64,000 nucleotides of DNA from an uncultured virus (IMG/VR IMGVR_UViG_3300025382_000006) (Duplodnaviria; Heunggongvirae; Uroviricota; Caudoviricetes): the IMG/VR virus record IMGVR_UViG_3300025382_000006. One strand, 5' to 3'. Below the pieces are notes generated by a model. The model saw nothing but the letters and a program-made list of their open reading frames with translations, made no database searches and was not told where the DNA came from. Positions 47,801-57,491 of this stretch are shown here, one piece after another (position 1 is the first letter of the stretch; each line of letters begins with the position of its first letter). The translations under genes were made by a program, and so were the position numbers.

Positions 47801-49821
47801 TGTTTACACCATTTGTAACTACACAGGGTTTAAGTGGTACAGTTTCTAGTGCTACTAACTTGGTATTTGGATCACGTATATTTGTAGTAGGTGCTACACA
47901 AACCAACGCAAACGGTATGTGGCCAATCATCAACATTGCATCTGACGGTTCAACAATACAGTATCAAACAGCTGGTACAACAACAGGTTCAACTGTTATC
48001 AGCACATATGGTACTACTAAGATGTTTGCTGAAGATATTGCAGTTAAGAAATACATGGTACGTGAGCTACGTACTCCACAGTTCCAGTTCAACTTGGATA
48101 CTATGGACGGCACAGGACCAACAGGATTTAACATGGATCACACTAAGATCCAGATGATCTACATCGACTACACATGGTACGGTGCAGGATTTATCCGTTG
48201 GGGAGTTAGAATGGTTAACGGTGATATCGTGTACGCTCACAAGGTACAACACGGTAACCGTGAATATCTAGCGTTCCAACGCTCAGGTAACTTGCCAGGC
48301 CGTTTTGAAGCAGTTAATGCTCCAGCACGTAGCCCAATTACTGTTGATATTCCTTCAACTGGTTACACAATGAGTGCAAGCCCAAGTGCAGGTACTATCA
48401 GCTTGTATGATGCAAGTCGTTACTTTATGCCAAGCAGTACTGGTGATAAAGGACAGATGTTCAACGGCGAAGTAATTATCGACGGCGAATTGTTCTTCTA
48501 CACAGGTGTGGCAGCTCAAACAACACAAAAACTTACTGGTAACCCAGATGCAGTTAACCAAAATATTTCAGTTCCATTCGCTCCACAGAGTACTAGTGCT
48601 CCATGGGCAACTGGACTTGCAGGTCTAACAGCAGTTGCTCAAACAGGTACTATTGTAGTTAGTGGTGGCGGTGTAACAAGTATTCCAGTGGTATCAGGCG
48701 GTGTTGGTTATACCAGTACTCCACCAGTGAATATCTTTGGTGGTGGCGGTGCAGGAGCTCAAGCTCGTGCAGTAGTAGTTAACGGTTCTGTGACACAAGT
48801 TATTGTTACAGCGGCAGGTTATGGCTATACTAGTACTCCAACTGTAGTTATTGGTGCTAATCAATTGATTGGTTGCTATCGTGAAAGTTCAGTAGTAAGT
48901 TCAGTGAACTCAAGCGGTGCTGGATTCAGTGTTACAACAACACAAGGTTCAAATGCAATTACTATTGGTAGTGCAACTATTGCGGCTCAGTTGTTTGTTG
49001 GTTGTACAATAGCGGCACATCCAGCATGGAACTATGTAAACGTTAAGATTGTTGGTATCAGCGGTACAACTGCATATACTAACATTGCGTCTACTGGTAC
49101 AAGCGGACCACAAACTGTGTTCTTGATTAACCGTGGTAACCCAACAGCTAGCCAACACTACAGCTATAACAATACTGGTAATCCATTAAGTAACGCTTTG
49201 AATTCTAACATCTTGTTAGCACCAAACGTACAACACTGGGGTGTGTCAGCTATTATGGACGGACGTTTTGACGGCGATATTTCATATGTGTTTACAACAC
49301 CACGTCAGACAGCGGCGGTTGTACAGCCTAACCAAACATCACCATTGATTAGTATGCGTGTAAGCCCAAGTAGTTCAAACGGCTTTGCTCGTAACTTTGG
49401 TGTACGTGACGTTATTCTACGTATGCAAGCCAAGTTGTACCAGATGGACGTATTCAACGCTGGACCATTCTTGATTACAGTTAAGTATAACTGTGCAAGT
49501 GTTGCGTTTACTCCAGCACTATGGACAGCTAACAGCGTAGGTTCAGGATCATTAAGTCAAGTTATCTATCACAACCCAAGTGATATCGTAACTGGTGGTG
49601 ATATTATCCTAGCTTTCTACGCTAACGCTTCAGGTGGTACATTCTTCACTTCAACAAGTGCTGATATGACAGTTGTTAAAGACTTAGGTAACAGCGTATT
49701 TGGCGGTGACGGTGTATTCCCAGACGGTCCAGACGTTATCACAGTGTTTGCAACTAACTTGGATACACGTTATGCAAACCCAATTTTCAGTCGTATTTCA
49801 TGGACTGAATCACAAGCGTAA
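44803..49821 (+). CDS. Very large virion structural/fibre protein
   Basis: 1672 aa; SLIDTDFEY, RQTRRYFRYQAGKG, WYGAGFIRWG interrupted by T/G-rich modules; TAAATA at 44781. Confidence 0.7.
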   Translation: MARKILVDTAYTFTPSTATIVIPRYIPRERLILITDVTNNTVLYNFSDTTLKATSYTAVAGQVSWGASAGTTTIVLGFNTNTAAFNATDKLQIMIDEYVETFTPAEALQDPTNKLRVTLPQSLIDTDFEYSFQPTKWEFFQTQNWHASIYTSTSNSVLSINYGGAGFTLLNYAVSINANVGTVTGLSLSSAPYAGSYVYIVDANGTSTQFSNFRYAIASSSTSQFTFPVTGTTGSYTVQSITIGALPGTAANPSYAAFQVSNNITAAGVNLTPGTPILIAETQNEPYCDGSFVAAFVSQIQGAFSYFPKINQQFNANQLQKAQTTAFVGGYYAAGYGIGSIVPISAITTGSDGRTITITTYSNHNFVPGAPIYVGGLQTAITNGNGPQYIQSVPSPYTFTYNVPAGVPTSQPSANVLQNTTVVYARPESFQIQRSGDGGIGIFSGNPVAGAQALRQTRRYFRYQAGKGIQFSTSATFKPNFDIASITVSGNIATITTDQDHGLQYGAIVNLRNITAAGASAVADMGFYNNTYSVSPQVVLTARSFGVQLSGSPTDTNPGVGIGSVEVGYATGSCIRFGLFDDQNGFFYEYDGSFLNAVRRNGTTIMRGSINVLTGSTIVIGTGSQYTKQVQAGDKVIIRGQTYEVNQVVNDNVLNITPAYRAATPALASGTAGLPFAYITSGSSTNTATVQMKTTATATSITFTSLVGSGTAGSGGVGVTGAYQLQGTIPQIVATSIPSVTAVNSTTITVASATSIQPGQLVVITGAGYLPANTFVASTYVSGSTVVPLTQGITTATTANIVVAFYNSPASGMNIVATGGSMAQGIIANGTQVSSFTNTAGNNGANLTINLYINQAVILTTTASTLIIGSVPGYQSAALYTTSTQVIGLNTTYGIAPGMTITGSGVPGNCVVAGLAVGGVGVILNTPITTNVTGSLAFQANTTLYALTIATGGSSASSGATTLTMNTVAGIQIGSFVTGTNVQQNTFVTGINTSTNVITLFTPFVTTQGLSGTVSSATNLVFGSRIFVVGATQTNANGMWPIINIASDGSTIQYQTAGTTTGSTVISTYGTTKMFAEDIAVKKYMVRELRTPQFQFNLDTMDGTGPTGFNMDHTKIQMIYIDYTWYGAGFIRWGVRMVNGDIVYAHKVQHGNREYLAFQRSGNLPGRFEAVNAPARSPITVDIPSTGYTMSASPSAGTISLYDASRYFMPSSTGDKGQMFNGEVIIDGELFFYTGVAAQTTQKLTGNPDAVNQNISVPFAPQSTSAPWATGLAGLTAVAQTGTIVVSGGGVTSIPVVSGGVGYTSTPPVNIFGGGGAGAQARAVVVNGSVTQVIVTAAGYGYTSTPTVVIGANQLIGCYRESSVVSSVNSSGAGFSVTTTQGSNAITIGSATIAAQLFVGCTIAAHPAWNYVNVKIVGISGTTAYTNIASTGTSGPQTVFLINRGNPTASQHYSYNNTGNPLSNALNSNILLAPNVQHWGVSAIMDGRFDGDISYVFTTPRQTAAVVQPNQTSPLISMRVSPSSSNGFARNFGVRDVILRMQAKLYQMDVFNAGPFLITVKYNCASVAFTPALWTANSVGSGSLSQVIYHNPSDIVTGGDIILAFYANASGGTFFTSTSADMTVVKDLGNSVFGGDGVFPDGPDVITVFATNLDTRYANPIFSRISWTESQA

Positions 49822-49840
49822 TCAACGACGCTTATACAAG

Positions 49841-49865
49841 AAAAGGATCGAAAGATCCTTTTTTT
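49841..49865 (+). terminator. Rho-independent terminator
   Basis: AAAAGGATC-GAAA-GATCCTTTT plus T run. Confidence 0.85.
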
Positions 49866-49904
49866 GTGACTATACAACTGCACAAATTAAAATTTTAGTC
49901 AACA

Positions 49905-49928
49905 AAAAACCCGCCTTAGCGGGTTTTT
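49905..49928. terminator. Bidirectional terminator
   Basis: AAAAACCCGC-CTTA-GCGGGTTTTT between convergent genes. Confidence 0.85.
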
Positions 49929-49944
49929 GTTTAAGCATAGTTGT

Positions 49945-52431
49945 TTAGGTTGTTGTCATTGTAGCATATACATCGTGTATACTACCACCAGCATATCCTG
50001 CTCCAGTTTGATTTAACAAACTACCCTGACTTAACACAATGAATTCTACTTTCAGTGTTTTGTTAGCCGCTAGTGTTGGAGTAGTACCAGTTGAACCAGC
50101 GTTGTTTGCCTGCAAGTTACTAAATGTTAGTGTAATACCACTACCGCTAGTATTCTTTACATAAAGAATGATTCTGCGTCCCAATGGAAAACCTTTGTTA
50201 TAAGGAGTTGCGTTTGGAGAACCTTGTGCGTAGTTATCAAAGTAGAACGTACTTGAAGCCGCTGTTTGTAAAAATACCACATTATGTCCGTTCAGTCCAA
50301 AGTCTAGCACATAGGTATTAGCACTGACTGAACCAAATGCCACTTGAGGAACTAGTGTAGATACAATTGGTTTTTCTCCAGGATTACCAATAACTGCTGT
50401 AGCACTGGCCACGGCAGTTTGACCGCCCTGTCCAACAAATGTTACACTTGGTGGATATAAGTAACCAGATCCTGCATCAACAATGTTTATAGCAGTTATG
50501 CTACCGCTAGCAACTGTAGCTGTTGCTATGGCTTGACGTCCACCAGCAACTTGTGGTCCACTTAGTAATACTTGCGGAGGAGCAGTATAGCCAGTTCCTG
50601 CAAAGGTAATTATAATATTAGTTACTGCACCAACTTGATGTACTGCACCTGCTGTAATAATGCCGCTGTATCCAATAGCTGATTGACCAGTAGCAACAGA
50701 ACCAACATAAGTTAAACCTGCGGTACCATTAACAGCAAGACCTACTGTATGAGTAGGAGTACTTGCTCCTAAATAACCTGGATAGCTTACTTGATAGTAA
50801 TAAACTTGTCCGTTACTCTGTGGAGCTTTAATAAACAATGTTGGACAAGCATTTGGCAATGAAGTTACAGTACCGTTAGCACTTAATGAACCTGTTACAC
50901 CAGTACTGATAGTAACTGTAGTGTTGGAAGCTGTCCAAACAATCCATGTACCGTTGTACTGATTATAACTTCCGCTACCTGCAATACCTGTTCCAGTACC
51001 TTGTATCTGTATTTGTTGACCAGGATAAAAAGGCACAATACTACTACCAAGGCTGGAAAATGAAAATGTTACAAATCCTTGTGAGATATAAGTAGGTATT
51101 TGGCTAGTAACTGTAACTGTACCTGTCATAGATCCACTACCAAATGTGTAAGGTAAATTCCATAAAGCGTTTTGTAAAGTTGTAGCCAGTGTAAACGGGC
51201 TAAGTGACGCAATATACCATACACCGTTATATAGACCGTTTTGAATACCGCCTGACACACCAGCTACTAGGATAGGCTGTCCTACGTTTAAGTTAGTAGT
51301 ACTAGCAACGGTAACTGTAGTACCGCTTACAGCAGTTATACTAGTGTTTGCTGTAGCCGCAATAGGACCAGTAGCATTTGATAGACCAGTAATAGCAAGA
51401 CTTTGTGGAACTGCGCCTAGTGCAAATCCATTTTGAGCTTGATAATATACAGTTTGTCCAGGAGCTACCGGATCAGAAAACGTAATCTGTGGTTGTTGAG
51501 TATATCCAGTACCAGGATATACCACGTTAGTTCCAACAACATAACCACTACTTACTGTACCTTGTTGTGTAATTGGACCACTTGCTGTTGATAGATAACT
51601 TACTTGGGTAGCTGTACATGCTGTGACAGCATAAACACCGTTCATAGTACCAGATGTAGGAGTAACGTCTTGTACTCTTATATATTGACCAACTGCAAAT
51701 GGAGGAATAGTTGCACTACCATATGGGTTAACAAATGTCAATGTGGTAGTTCCTGCACTGTTAGTACCAGCTGTAACCATTAGTGTTTGATTATTCATTA
51801 CAGGATTAATACTTGCTGGAGCACTGTTAGGCAACTGTGGTGCCTGTACGGTAATGCTAGGTGCGTTCACTCCGCTGATTGTTTGGAATACAAATCCTTG
51901 AGTAGTAATAACACCAGGATCTGTATAGTTAACTGCAAATGTAACTGAAGTAGTTGTACACGCTGTTACGGTATAAACACCGTTGTAAGTTACTGGAACT
52001 ACGCCTGATACAGTTATTGATTGACCTACAATAAAAGGGGGTGCATTTTGTGCAGGCATTGCACTAAATGTTACAGTATAGCTTGAATATACTCTGGTAG
52101 CACCTGTGGGAACTAGATTATAGTAACCTCTGTAGTCACCGCCAAAGCCTGGCGGAATAATGACGTTGCTCACACTATAGCCATAAGGCATGTTGATAAA
52201 CTGTCCTCCTACGGACACGTTATTCTGAGAACCAATACCACCAATCGCCTGTACTGCACCTGAATTAGGTCCAAAACTGGATGTTGCTTCATCGAATATC
52301 ACAGCACCCTTGTTGCCGTTGCTGGTTGATCTAATAACTAAGTTACTACCAGCACCGTCGCCACCTACAATAGGGAAGCCAGGATTTATCTGATTGGTAT
52401 TAGTTACGCCTTGTTGGGTTTGAGTCGTCAT
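49945..52431 (-). CDS. Modular fibre/virion protein
   Basis: 828 aa; repeated PFxVGQxIxV...YNGVYxVTAC modules and GxGYTxPP sheath-like repeats; TAAATA at 52456-52461 (-). Confidence 0.65.
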   Translation of the reverse strand: MTTQTQQGVTNTNQINPGFPIVGGDGAGSNLVIRSTSNGNKGAVIFDEATSSFGPNSGAVQAIGGIGSQNNVSVGGQFINMPYGYSVSNVIIPPGFGGDYRGYYNLVPTGATRVYSSYTVTFSAMPAQNAPPFIVGQSITVSGVVPVTYNGVYTVTACTTTSVTFAVNYTDPGVITTQGFVFQTISGVNAPSITVQAPQLPNSAPASINPVMNNQTLMVTAGTNSAGTTTLTFVNPYGSATIPPFAVGQYIRVQDVTPTSGTMNGVYAVTACTATQVSYLSTASGPITQQGTVSSGYVVGTNVVYPGTGYTQQPQITFSDPVAPGQTVYYQAQNGFALGAVPQSLAITGLSNATGPIAATANTSITAVSGTTVTVASTTNLNVGQPILVAGVSGGIQNGLYNGVWYIASLSPFTLATTLQNALWNLPYTFGSGSMTGTVTVTSQIPTYISQGFVTFSFSSLGSSIVPFYPGQQIQIQGTGTGIAGSGSYNQYNGTWIVWTASNTTVTISTGVTGSLSANGTVTSLPNACPTLFIKAPQSNGQVYYYQVSYPGYLGASTPTHTVGLAVNGTAGLTYVGSVATGQSAIGYSGIITAGAVHQVGAVTNIIITFAGTGYTAPPQVLLSGPQVAGGRQAIATATVASGSITAINIVDAGSGYLYPPSVTFVGQGGQTAVASATAVIGNPGEKPIVSTLVPQVAFGSVSANTYVLDFGLNGHNVVFLQTAASSTFYFDNYAQGSPNATPYNKGFPLGRRIILYVKNTSGSGITLTFSNLQANNAGSTGTTPTLAANKTLKVEFIVLSQGSLLNQTGAGYAGGSIHDVYATMTTT

Positions 52432-52454
52432 TTAAGAATCTCCGCTTATTGCTA

Positions 52455-52763
52455 TTATTTAGCCAAATCTTGGATAACTTCTTCTACATGGGTGTTTGGC
52501 GCATAGGTCAGCATCCATGTTTCCATGGCTGTTTTAGCTTCGCGCACACGGTCTTGTGCGGCCACGTGATCCAAATGGGCACCAGTTTCAGTTTTTATTA
52601 TAAGTCCTCGAGTAGTGTTGTCAAAATCTTCAACTGACTGTTTCAAACTTTCAAATAGTTTTTGACCTTCTTTGGCAACATCGTCCGATTGGCCTTGTAT
52701 TCCTAGGGTAAATCGTTTACAATCAAGTTTGTAACGATCTAAATCTTGTATTCTTGAAAACAT
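52455..52763 (-). CDS. Hypothetical protein
   Basis: 102 aa; SD GGAG. Confidence 0.65.
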   Translation of the reverse strand: MFSRIQDLDRYKLDCKRFTLGIQGQSDDVAKEGQKLFESLKQSVEDFDNTTRGLIIKTETGAHLDHVAAQDRVREAKTAMETWMLTYAPNTHVEEVIQDLAK

Positions 52764-52830
52764 ATTTTTACTCCACTTTATAGTATACTTATTTCGGATC
52801 TAGTTAAATAGTTGCAACCCTGGAGAGCAC

Positions 52831-53295
52831 ATGAGCACAGATAATACAGAAATTAAAGATTGGCAAGACGACCTTGCAGAAAAAGACATTATATCAACAG
52901 CATGGCAAGCTGAGTTTTTTGGCCCTGAAGAAAAAATTGAGGATGAACAAGAGCTGGCTAAATTTGATGTGCATGTAATTTATAAAAACACAAAGAATTT
53001 TACTTGGTATTATCCTCAGATCAAAGCCGCGTTATTGGCCAATTCTGTAAAAGAATTTGTAGAGTATCATGGCATTGTTGATGCTACGGATAACGACATT
53101 GAAGAACTAAAGGCGTTCTTTTTCCATTATCTTAGATTTATAAATTTTGAAGTAGAGTTAGATGAGACTGCGCCACAAGTATTTGAAGCAACTGACGTTA
53201 ACGAAACTATCGGAGACGACGATATGGAAGAAATTGTGGACGAGTTAAAAGAAGCTAAAATGGATCGATTTGGCGACAAACCAACATTACATTAA
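52831..53295 (+). CDS. Acidic hypothetical protein
   Basis: 154 aa; TAAATA at 52805 and SD GGAG. Confidence 0.65.
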   Translation: MSTDNTEIKDWQDDLAEKDIISTAWQAEFFGPEEKIEDEQELAKFDVHVIYKNTKNFTWYYPQIKAALLANSVKEFVEYHGIVDATDNDIEELKAFFFHYLRFINFEVELDETAPQVFEATDVNETIGDDDMEEIVDELKEAKMDRFGDKPTLH

Positions 53296-53736
53296 ATCAA
53301 CTACATCAAAGACTGTTTGAAGTTTAGTACGAATAGTCTTGTTGCTAAAACTGTTACGTAGACCCTGGTGTAGTGGCTTAGGCGCACGATCCAGGGTTGA
53401 CCAAGCCCATCCTTGATGTTCATCGCTTAGTTCAGGCACAAATTCTTTTTCAATAACACACAAGTAAGTGTGAAAATTAAATACTTTATCATTGGATACA
53501 AATGTTTCTAATGGGATAGTTTTTATAATATCAGGACAACGACCAATTTCTTCTTGTATTTCTCGTTGCAATCCCTGCCAAGGTGTTTCTCCTTGCACAT
53601 TAGTACCACCAACTAGTCCCCAAGTTCCTTCGTGTTTACCTGCGGCTTTTTGTAATAGTAAAAATCGTCGTGTAGATTTAGCATAAAATAATGCGCCACT
53701 ACATACTATCTGTTCTTTTATAATACTATTTTCCAT
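53287..53736 (-). CDS. Nudix hydrolase
   Basis: Nudix box GGTNVQGETPWQGLQREIQEEIG. Confidence 0.9.
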   Translation of the reverse strand: MENSIIKEQIVCSGALFYAKSTRRFLLLQKAAGKHEGTWGLVGGTNVQGETPWQGLQREIQEEIGRCPDIIKTIPLETFVSNDKVFNFHTYLCVIEKEFVPELSDEHQGWAWSTLDRAPKPLHQGLRNSFSNKTIRTKLQTVFDVVDLM

Positions 53737-55199
53737 CGGTCTGCCGTATATTCACCTTCGTAACTCTTAACCCATGAAACACCGTTCCATAAGTATTGTA
53801 TACCAGTGTATATATTCGTTTGCCAGACCATAGTAGTTGTATATTGACTGTGACTAAAGATTACATTCCAGTGCGTACCTGTCCACTCTATAATATCATT
53901 GGCATGTGCGACTAGATTACCCCAAGCAACAGCTGGTGTAGTATTGGCCGCATTGCCAATGTCTTCGATTATGAGATAGCGTGTACCAGCAGACACGGTT
54001 CCAGGATTATAAGTTAACGGATTAATGATAGCATCAAATGTGCCTGTGCTGTTAGCTCTATAACTGGCAGCGGCATTATAACCTGTCATACTATCCAGTA
54101 GGCCAGCACTGTCTATGCCGGTGTTTGTAACTAACGAATCGGGGTTCCAATTTACACTTAATTTTCCTGGATCCAAGGGATTTAGAGCAAATGTACCTAC
54201 TACATAAGACCCGTTGGTTTGGAGTAGATATATCATACTGCTACCAGCAACATAGTTGCCACCAGCAGTAATTAAAAATTCATTCCAATCTAACGCTGGT
54301 TGTTGTCTTACAGGTGCTGGATCCGCAGTGGGCTCATTGGGCATAACGCTTTCATTAGGGTGTAATAATATAACAGAACTACCGTAAACTTCTATATTGT
54401 TTTGACCTTGTACAGTTACTACTTTATCTAAAATAGTCGATAATGATGTAGTACTGCCAATAGGATCGCTTCCTAACCCTTCAATATAAGTACCGCTAGT
54501 AGTAGAATTTTCGTACATACTAGTAATAATTTTAGTAATAACACCCAAGTGTTTGACTTTAGCTGGCGGACTAATCCATACTGGAGCATCTACAGTAATA
54601 GTGGCAATGTCTATAGGAGTATCTGCACCTACGGGAACTTGTCGACTACTCCAAGTAACATCGTTTAAGTTTAGTACGCTAAGGCTAGTCCAGTCAATGT
54701 AGTTGTCTGTAGTTTGTAATTCTAAACTAGGATTGAATAAGACTAACAGTTGTTCCATAATTTGCAATTTTTGCTCACTACTAGAACTCCAAATATCCAC
54801 TTTCATGGTAAGTTTGAAAGGAGTTGGCATTAGTCTTTCAACAGTATATTGTCTTCCTTGATCTTCATTGTAGATCATTTGTCCATATGTAGGACTACCA
54901 GGTGTAGAATCTAGCTGTGTGCCACGTTCTCGGATATGTATTTTGCCTACGTAACTGGAATCAGCTAGACGATCTCTGTCTAAGGCAAACGAACTTACAT
55001 AGACTGCAATTCGAGGCACACTATTAACTTTGTTTTCGCTATTATTGCGTATGATACTGGCCACTTGGCGATCAGCATCTCCGTACATGACTGGTATTCT
55101 AACTAGCGTACCGTCACCGTACTTGACTACAAAATTACTGAACACACGTATGGTTTGTGTAATGTAGCGTCTTATTTGACCATCGTAAAAAAATTCCAT
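53718..55199 (-). CDS. gp15: Tail sheath stabiliser/terminator gp15-like, with C-terminal extension
   Basis: FFYDGQIRRY...FSNF...RIPVMYG...PTPFKL...LQIMEQLLVLFNP. Confidence 0.8.
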   Translation of the reverse strand: MEFFYDGQIRRYITQTIRVFSNFVVKYGDGTLVRIPVMYGDADRQVASIIRNNSENKVNSVPRIAVYVSSFALDRDRLADSSYVGKIHIRERGTQLDSTPGSPTYGQMIYNEDQGRQYTVERLMPTPFKLTMKVDIWSSSSEQKLQIMEQLLVLFNPSLELQTTDNYIDWTSLSVLNLNDVTWSSRQVPVGADTPIDIATITVDAPVWISPPAKVKHLGVITKIITSMYENSTTSGTYIEGLGSDPIGSTTSLSTILDKVVTVQGQNNIEVYGSSVILLHPNESVMPNEPTADPAPVRQQPALDWNEFLITAGGNYVAGSSMIYLLQTNGSYVVGTFALNPLDPGKLSVNWNPDSLVTNTGIDSAGLLDSMTGYNAAASYRANSTGTFDAIINPLTYNPGTVSAGTRYLIIEDIGNAANTTPAVAWGNLVAHANDIIEWTGTHWNVIFSHSQYTTTMVWQTNIYTGIQYLWNGVSWVKSYEGEYTADRWKIVL

Positions 55200-56653
55200 T
55201 ATAAATCTGCCCTAGGTTTAAGTGCTTGGCTAAGACTTTGACGTTCAGATTGTCTAGTGTTGTAGAACGTTATAATCCATTGACCTGTAACCGGTATGGT
55301 CTGTTGTACACTTCCAATAGTTGGTAGTGTAATACGTGTTTTATTACTGGTTATGCCGGCAGGACTTACGTATTGATAGGTACTAAACATGGTTGGATTA
55401 TCGGCTACAACATATTGTAGTGTGGTAACTTCCAATTTTAACACAAGATACAGACCAGTTACATTAGGATCAATAATAGTATTAATTACACTATCTCCTT
55501 GATTCAATATTACATAGTCGCTGACCACAGCATCAAAATAAACATAATTGTTGTTGTTGATGAATCCAGTCTTTAGAGTATTTCTAGTATCGTTATTGGT
55601 CATATTCATACGTACTGCATCTTCTACAGCAATCCAAGAGCTTACATCTGCGTCAAACCTATACAGTCTGTTGGGTAAAAAATCTACACGCAAAAAGAAA
55701 TCGTCTTTGGCAGGGTTAGATGGAAATTGTATTCCAAATCCAAAATCATATCCGTTGGGAGGAGATCCATCTCCTAACAAGTATCCAGTATAACCACTAC
55801 GTTGCGGCACTGCATTTACAGCCGCCGCAGTTACCTCAGTACCATTATCGCTGGCCAACATGGATCCACTGTCAGCAGTTTGTAATAATGGGCTGCCAGT
55901 CTTAGGATCAACAGCCAGGGTATAATATTGTCTTGTTTCGTAACCACTTTTTGGAGCGTCTGCTTCAGCTTGGGCAACAATGGCATCATTGATAGACAAT
56001 TCTGTACTGTGCATACTCAACAAATCTCTAAGAGATTTACCAGACGGATCAGGATCACCGTTGGCGTCTTTGGCAGGCTGATTAAAGATGTCTGCAAATT
56101 GTTGAGCATCTGTGATTTTTTTAATTTTTAATCTGTATAGATGCGGATACCACGTAGCACTAAAACCTTCACTTGCACGACCTACATCTTCAATAACGTA
56201 GTATCTGGGTAAACTTACATCATAATCATTTAAGGCAAAATCATCTCGTAAATGAGGCAATTCGATTACATCACCACTGATGGGTTTACGGCCAATGTAG
56301 TGTATAAAATCATTAATGTGTACAGTCATGTACAAGGTGTCATTGTCGATAAACAGGCCAAATTGACTCAAATTAAAGTCAATATTTTGTACATTGTATA
56401 TACCACGAATTCTGTAGATCTGGCTATCATAAGCTCTGTCACGATTTTCTAAGAACAATAAATCTTGAATGTTTGTAGGGCTTTGTTGAGCATAGATAGG
56501 CTGATCCGCGGTACCAATTGTGGGATTTTTAGTGCCTAAATATTTGTGCAAATAGACATCTGTGCCCCCAACTTGGAACATCTCGCTGGCTTGTCGATCT
56601 ATGAATTTATAGTCCGAGCTTTTTTCTGGTCTGTATAAGGATAATCGTGGCAT
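55199..56653 (-). CDS. Neck protein gp14-like
   Basis: True start MPRLSLY at 56653; LSQFGLF...KPISGDVIELP; adjacent to gp15-like and gp13-like genes. Confidence 0.65.
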   Translation of the reverse strand: MPRLSLYRPEKSSDYKFIDRQASEMFQVGGTDVYLHKYLGTKNPTIGTADQPIYAQQSPTNIQDLLFLENRDRAYDSQIYRIRGIYNVQNIDFNLSQFGLFIDNDTLYMTVHINDFIHYIGRKPISGDVIELPHLRDDFALNDYDVSLPRYYVIEDVGRASEGFSATWYPHLYRLKIKKITDAQQFADIFNQPAKDANGDPDPSGKSLRDLLSMHSTELSINDAIVAQAEADAPKSGYETRQYYTLAVDPKTGSPLLQTADSGSMLASDNGTEVTAAAVNAVPQRSGYTGYLLGDGSPPNGYDFGFGIQFPSNPAKDDFFLRVDFLPNRLYRFDADVSSWIAVEDAVRMNMTNNDTRNTLKTGFINNNNYVYFDAVVSDYVILNQGDSVINTIIDPNVTGLYLVLKLEVTTLQYVVADNPTMFSTYQYVSPAGITSNKTRITLPTIGSVQQTIPVTGQWIITFYNTRQSERQSLSQALKPRADL

Positions 56654-56658
56654 AATAG

Positions 56659-56679
56659 TATTTATGGTAGTGATAAATA
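56659..56679. promoter_or_regulatory. Back-to-back late promoters
   Basis: TATTTA 56659-56664 (-) and TAAATA 56674-56679 (+). Confidence 0.7.
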
Positions 56680-56696
56680 TCATAGGAGAACAAAAA

Positions 56697-57488
56697 ATGT
56701 CAGATTTACTACCATCAACAACCCAATCAAACAGCACAGTTGAGCGCAATAAAGTGTTTGAATATATCAAATTAATGCTGGGCGATGGCATGGTTGAAGT
56801 AGAATTAGATCCTGCACATTTAGAACTAGCACTAGATCGTGCGCTAACCTACTATAGACAACGCAGTAGTAACAGCGTAGAAGAAAGCTATATGTTCTTA
56901 GAATTAATACAGGATCAAAATGAATACAGATTACCTGATGAAGTTATTACAGTTCGCCAAGTATTCCGTCGTGCTATTGGCAGTCGTAGCGGTATCGGTG
57001 CTGGCGGCACTTTGTTTGAACCCTTTAACTTGGCATATACAAATACATATTTGATGTCAGGGTCAATGATGGGCGGTCTAGCAACTTATGATGCATTTGC
57101 CGGCTATCAAAAATTAGTTGGACGTATGTTCGGTAGTTACATTGAATTTTTATGGAAACCCACCAGTCATATCATAGACATTTTACAACGCCCTTTTGCT
57201 CAAGGCGAACAGATATTAATTCAATGTTACAATTTTCGTCCAGACTGGGTATTGTTGCAAGACCCGTATGCAAAACAATGGTTGAAAGATTATAGTCTGG
57301 CCACTGCTAAAGGCATGCTAGGACAAGCACGTAGCAAATTTGCTAGTATTGCAGGACCTGGTTCAGGCGGCATTACTCTTAACGGTACTGCACTAATTTC
57401 TGAAAGCAAGGAAATGATAGACAAATTAGAAAAAGAAATAGAAACCAATGCCGCAGGCGGAACGCCTATGACTATGGTTATAGGATAA
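56697..57488 (+). CDS. gp13: Neck/head-tail adaptor gp13-like
   Basis: LGDGMVEVEL, WLKDYSLATAKGMLG..RSKF, GGITLNG; start at ATG 56697 after SD AGGAG. Confidence 0.8.
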   Translation: MSDLLPSTTQSNSTVERNKVFEYIKLMLGDGMVEVELDPAHLELALDRALTYYRQRSSNSVEESYMFLELIQDQNEYRLPDEVITVRQVFRRAIGSRSGIGAGGTLFEPFNLAYTNTYLMSGSMMGGLATYDAFAGYQKLVGRMFGSYIEFLWKPTSHIIDILQRPFAQGEQILIQCYNFRPDWVLLQDPYAKQWLKDYSLATAKGMLGQARSKFASIAGPGSGGITLNGTALISESKEMIDKLEKEIETNAAGGTPMTMVIG

Positions 57489-57491
57489 TCT

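Noticed and set aside
49868..49902. Antisense sigma70 promoter between the two terminators
   Set aside because: TTGACT and TATAGT on the - strand are about 22 nt apart, too far for sigma70.
56654..56791. N-terminal extensions and overlap of ORFs 55199..56791 and 56664..57488
   Set aside because: Late promoters and an SD place the true starts at 56653 (-) and 56697 (+).
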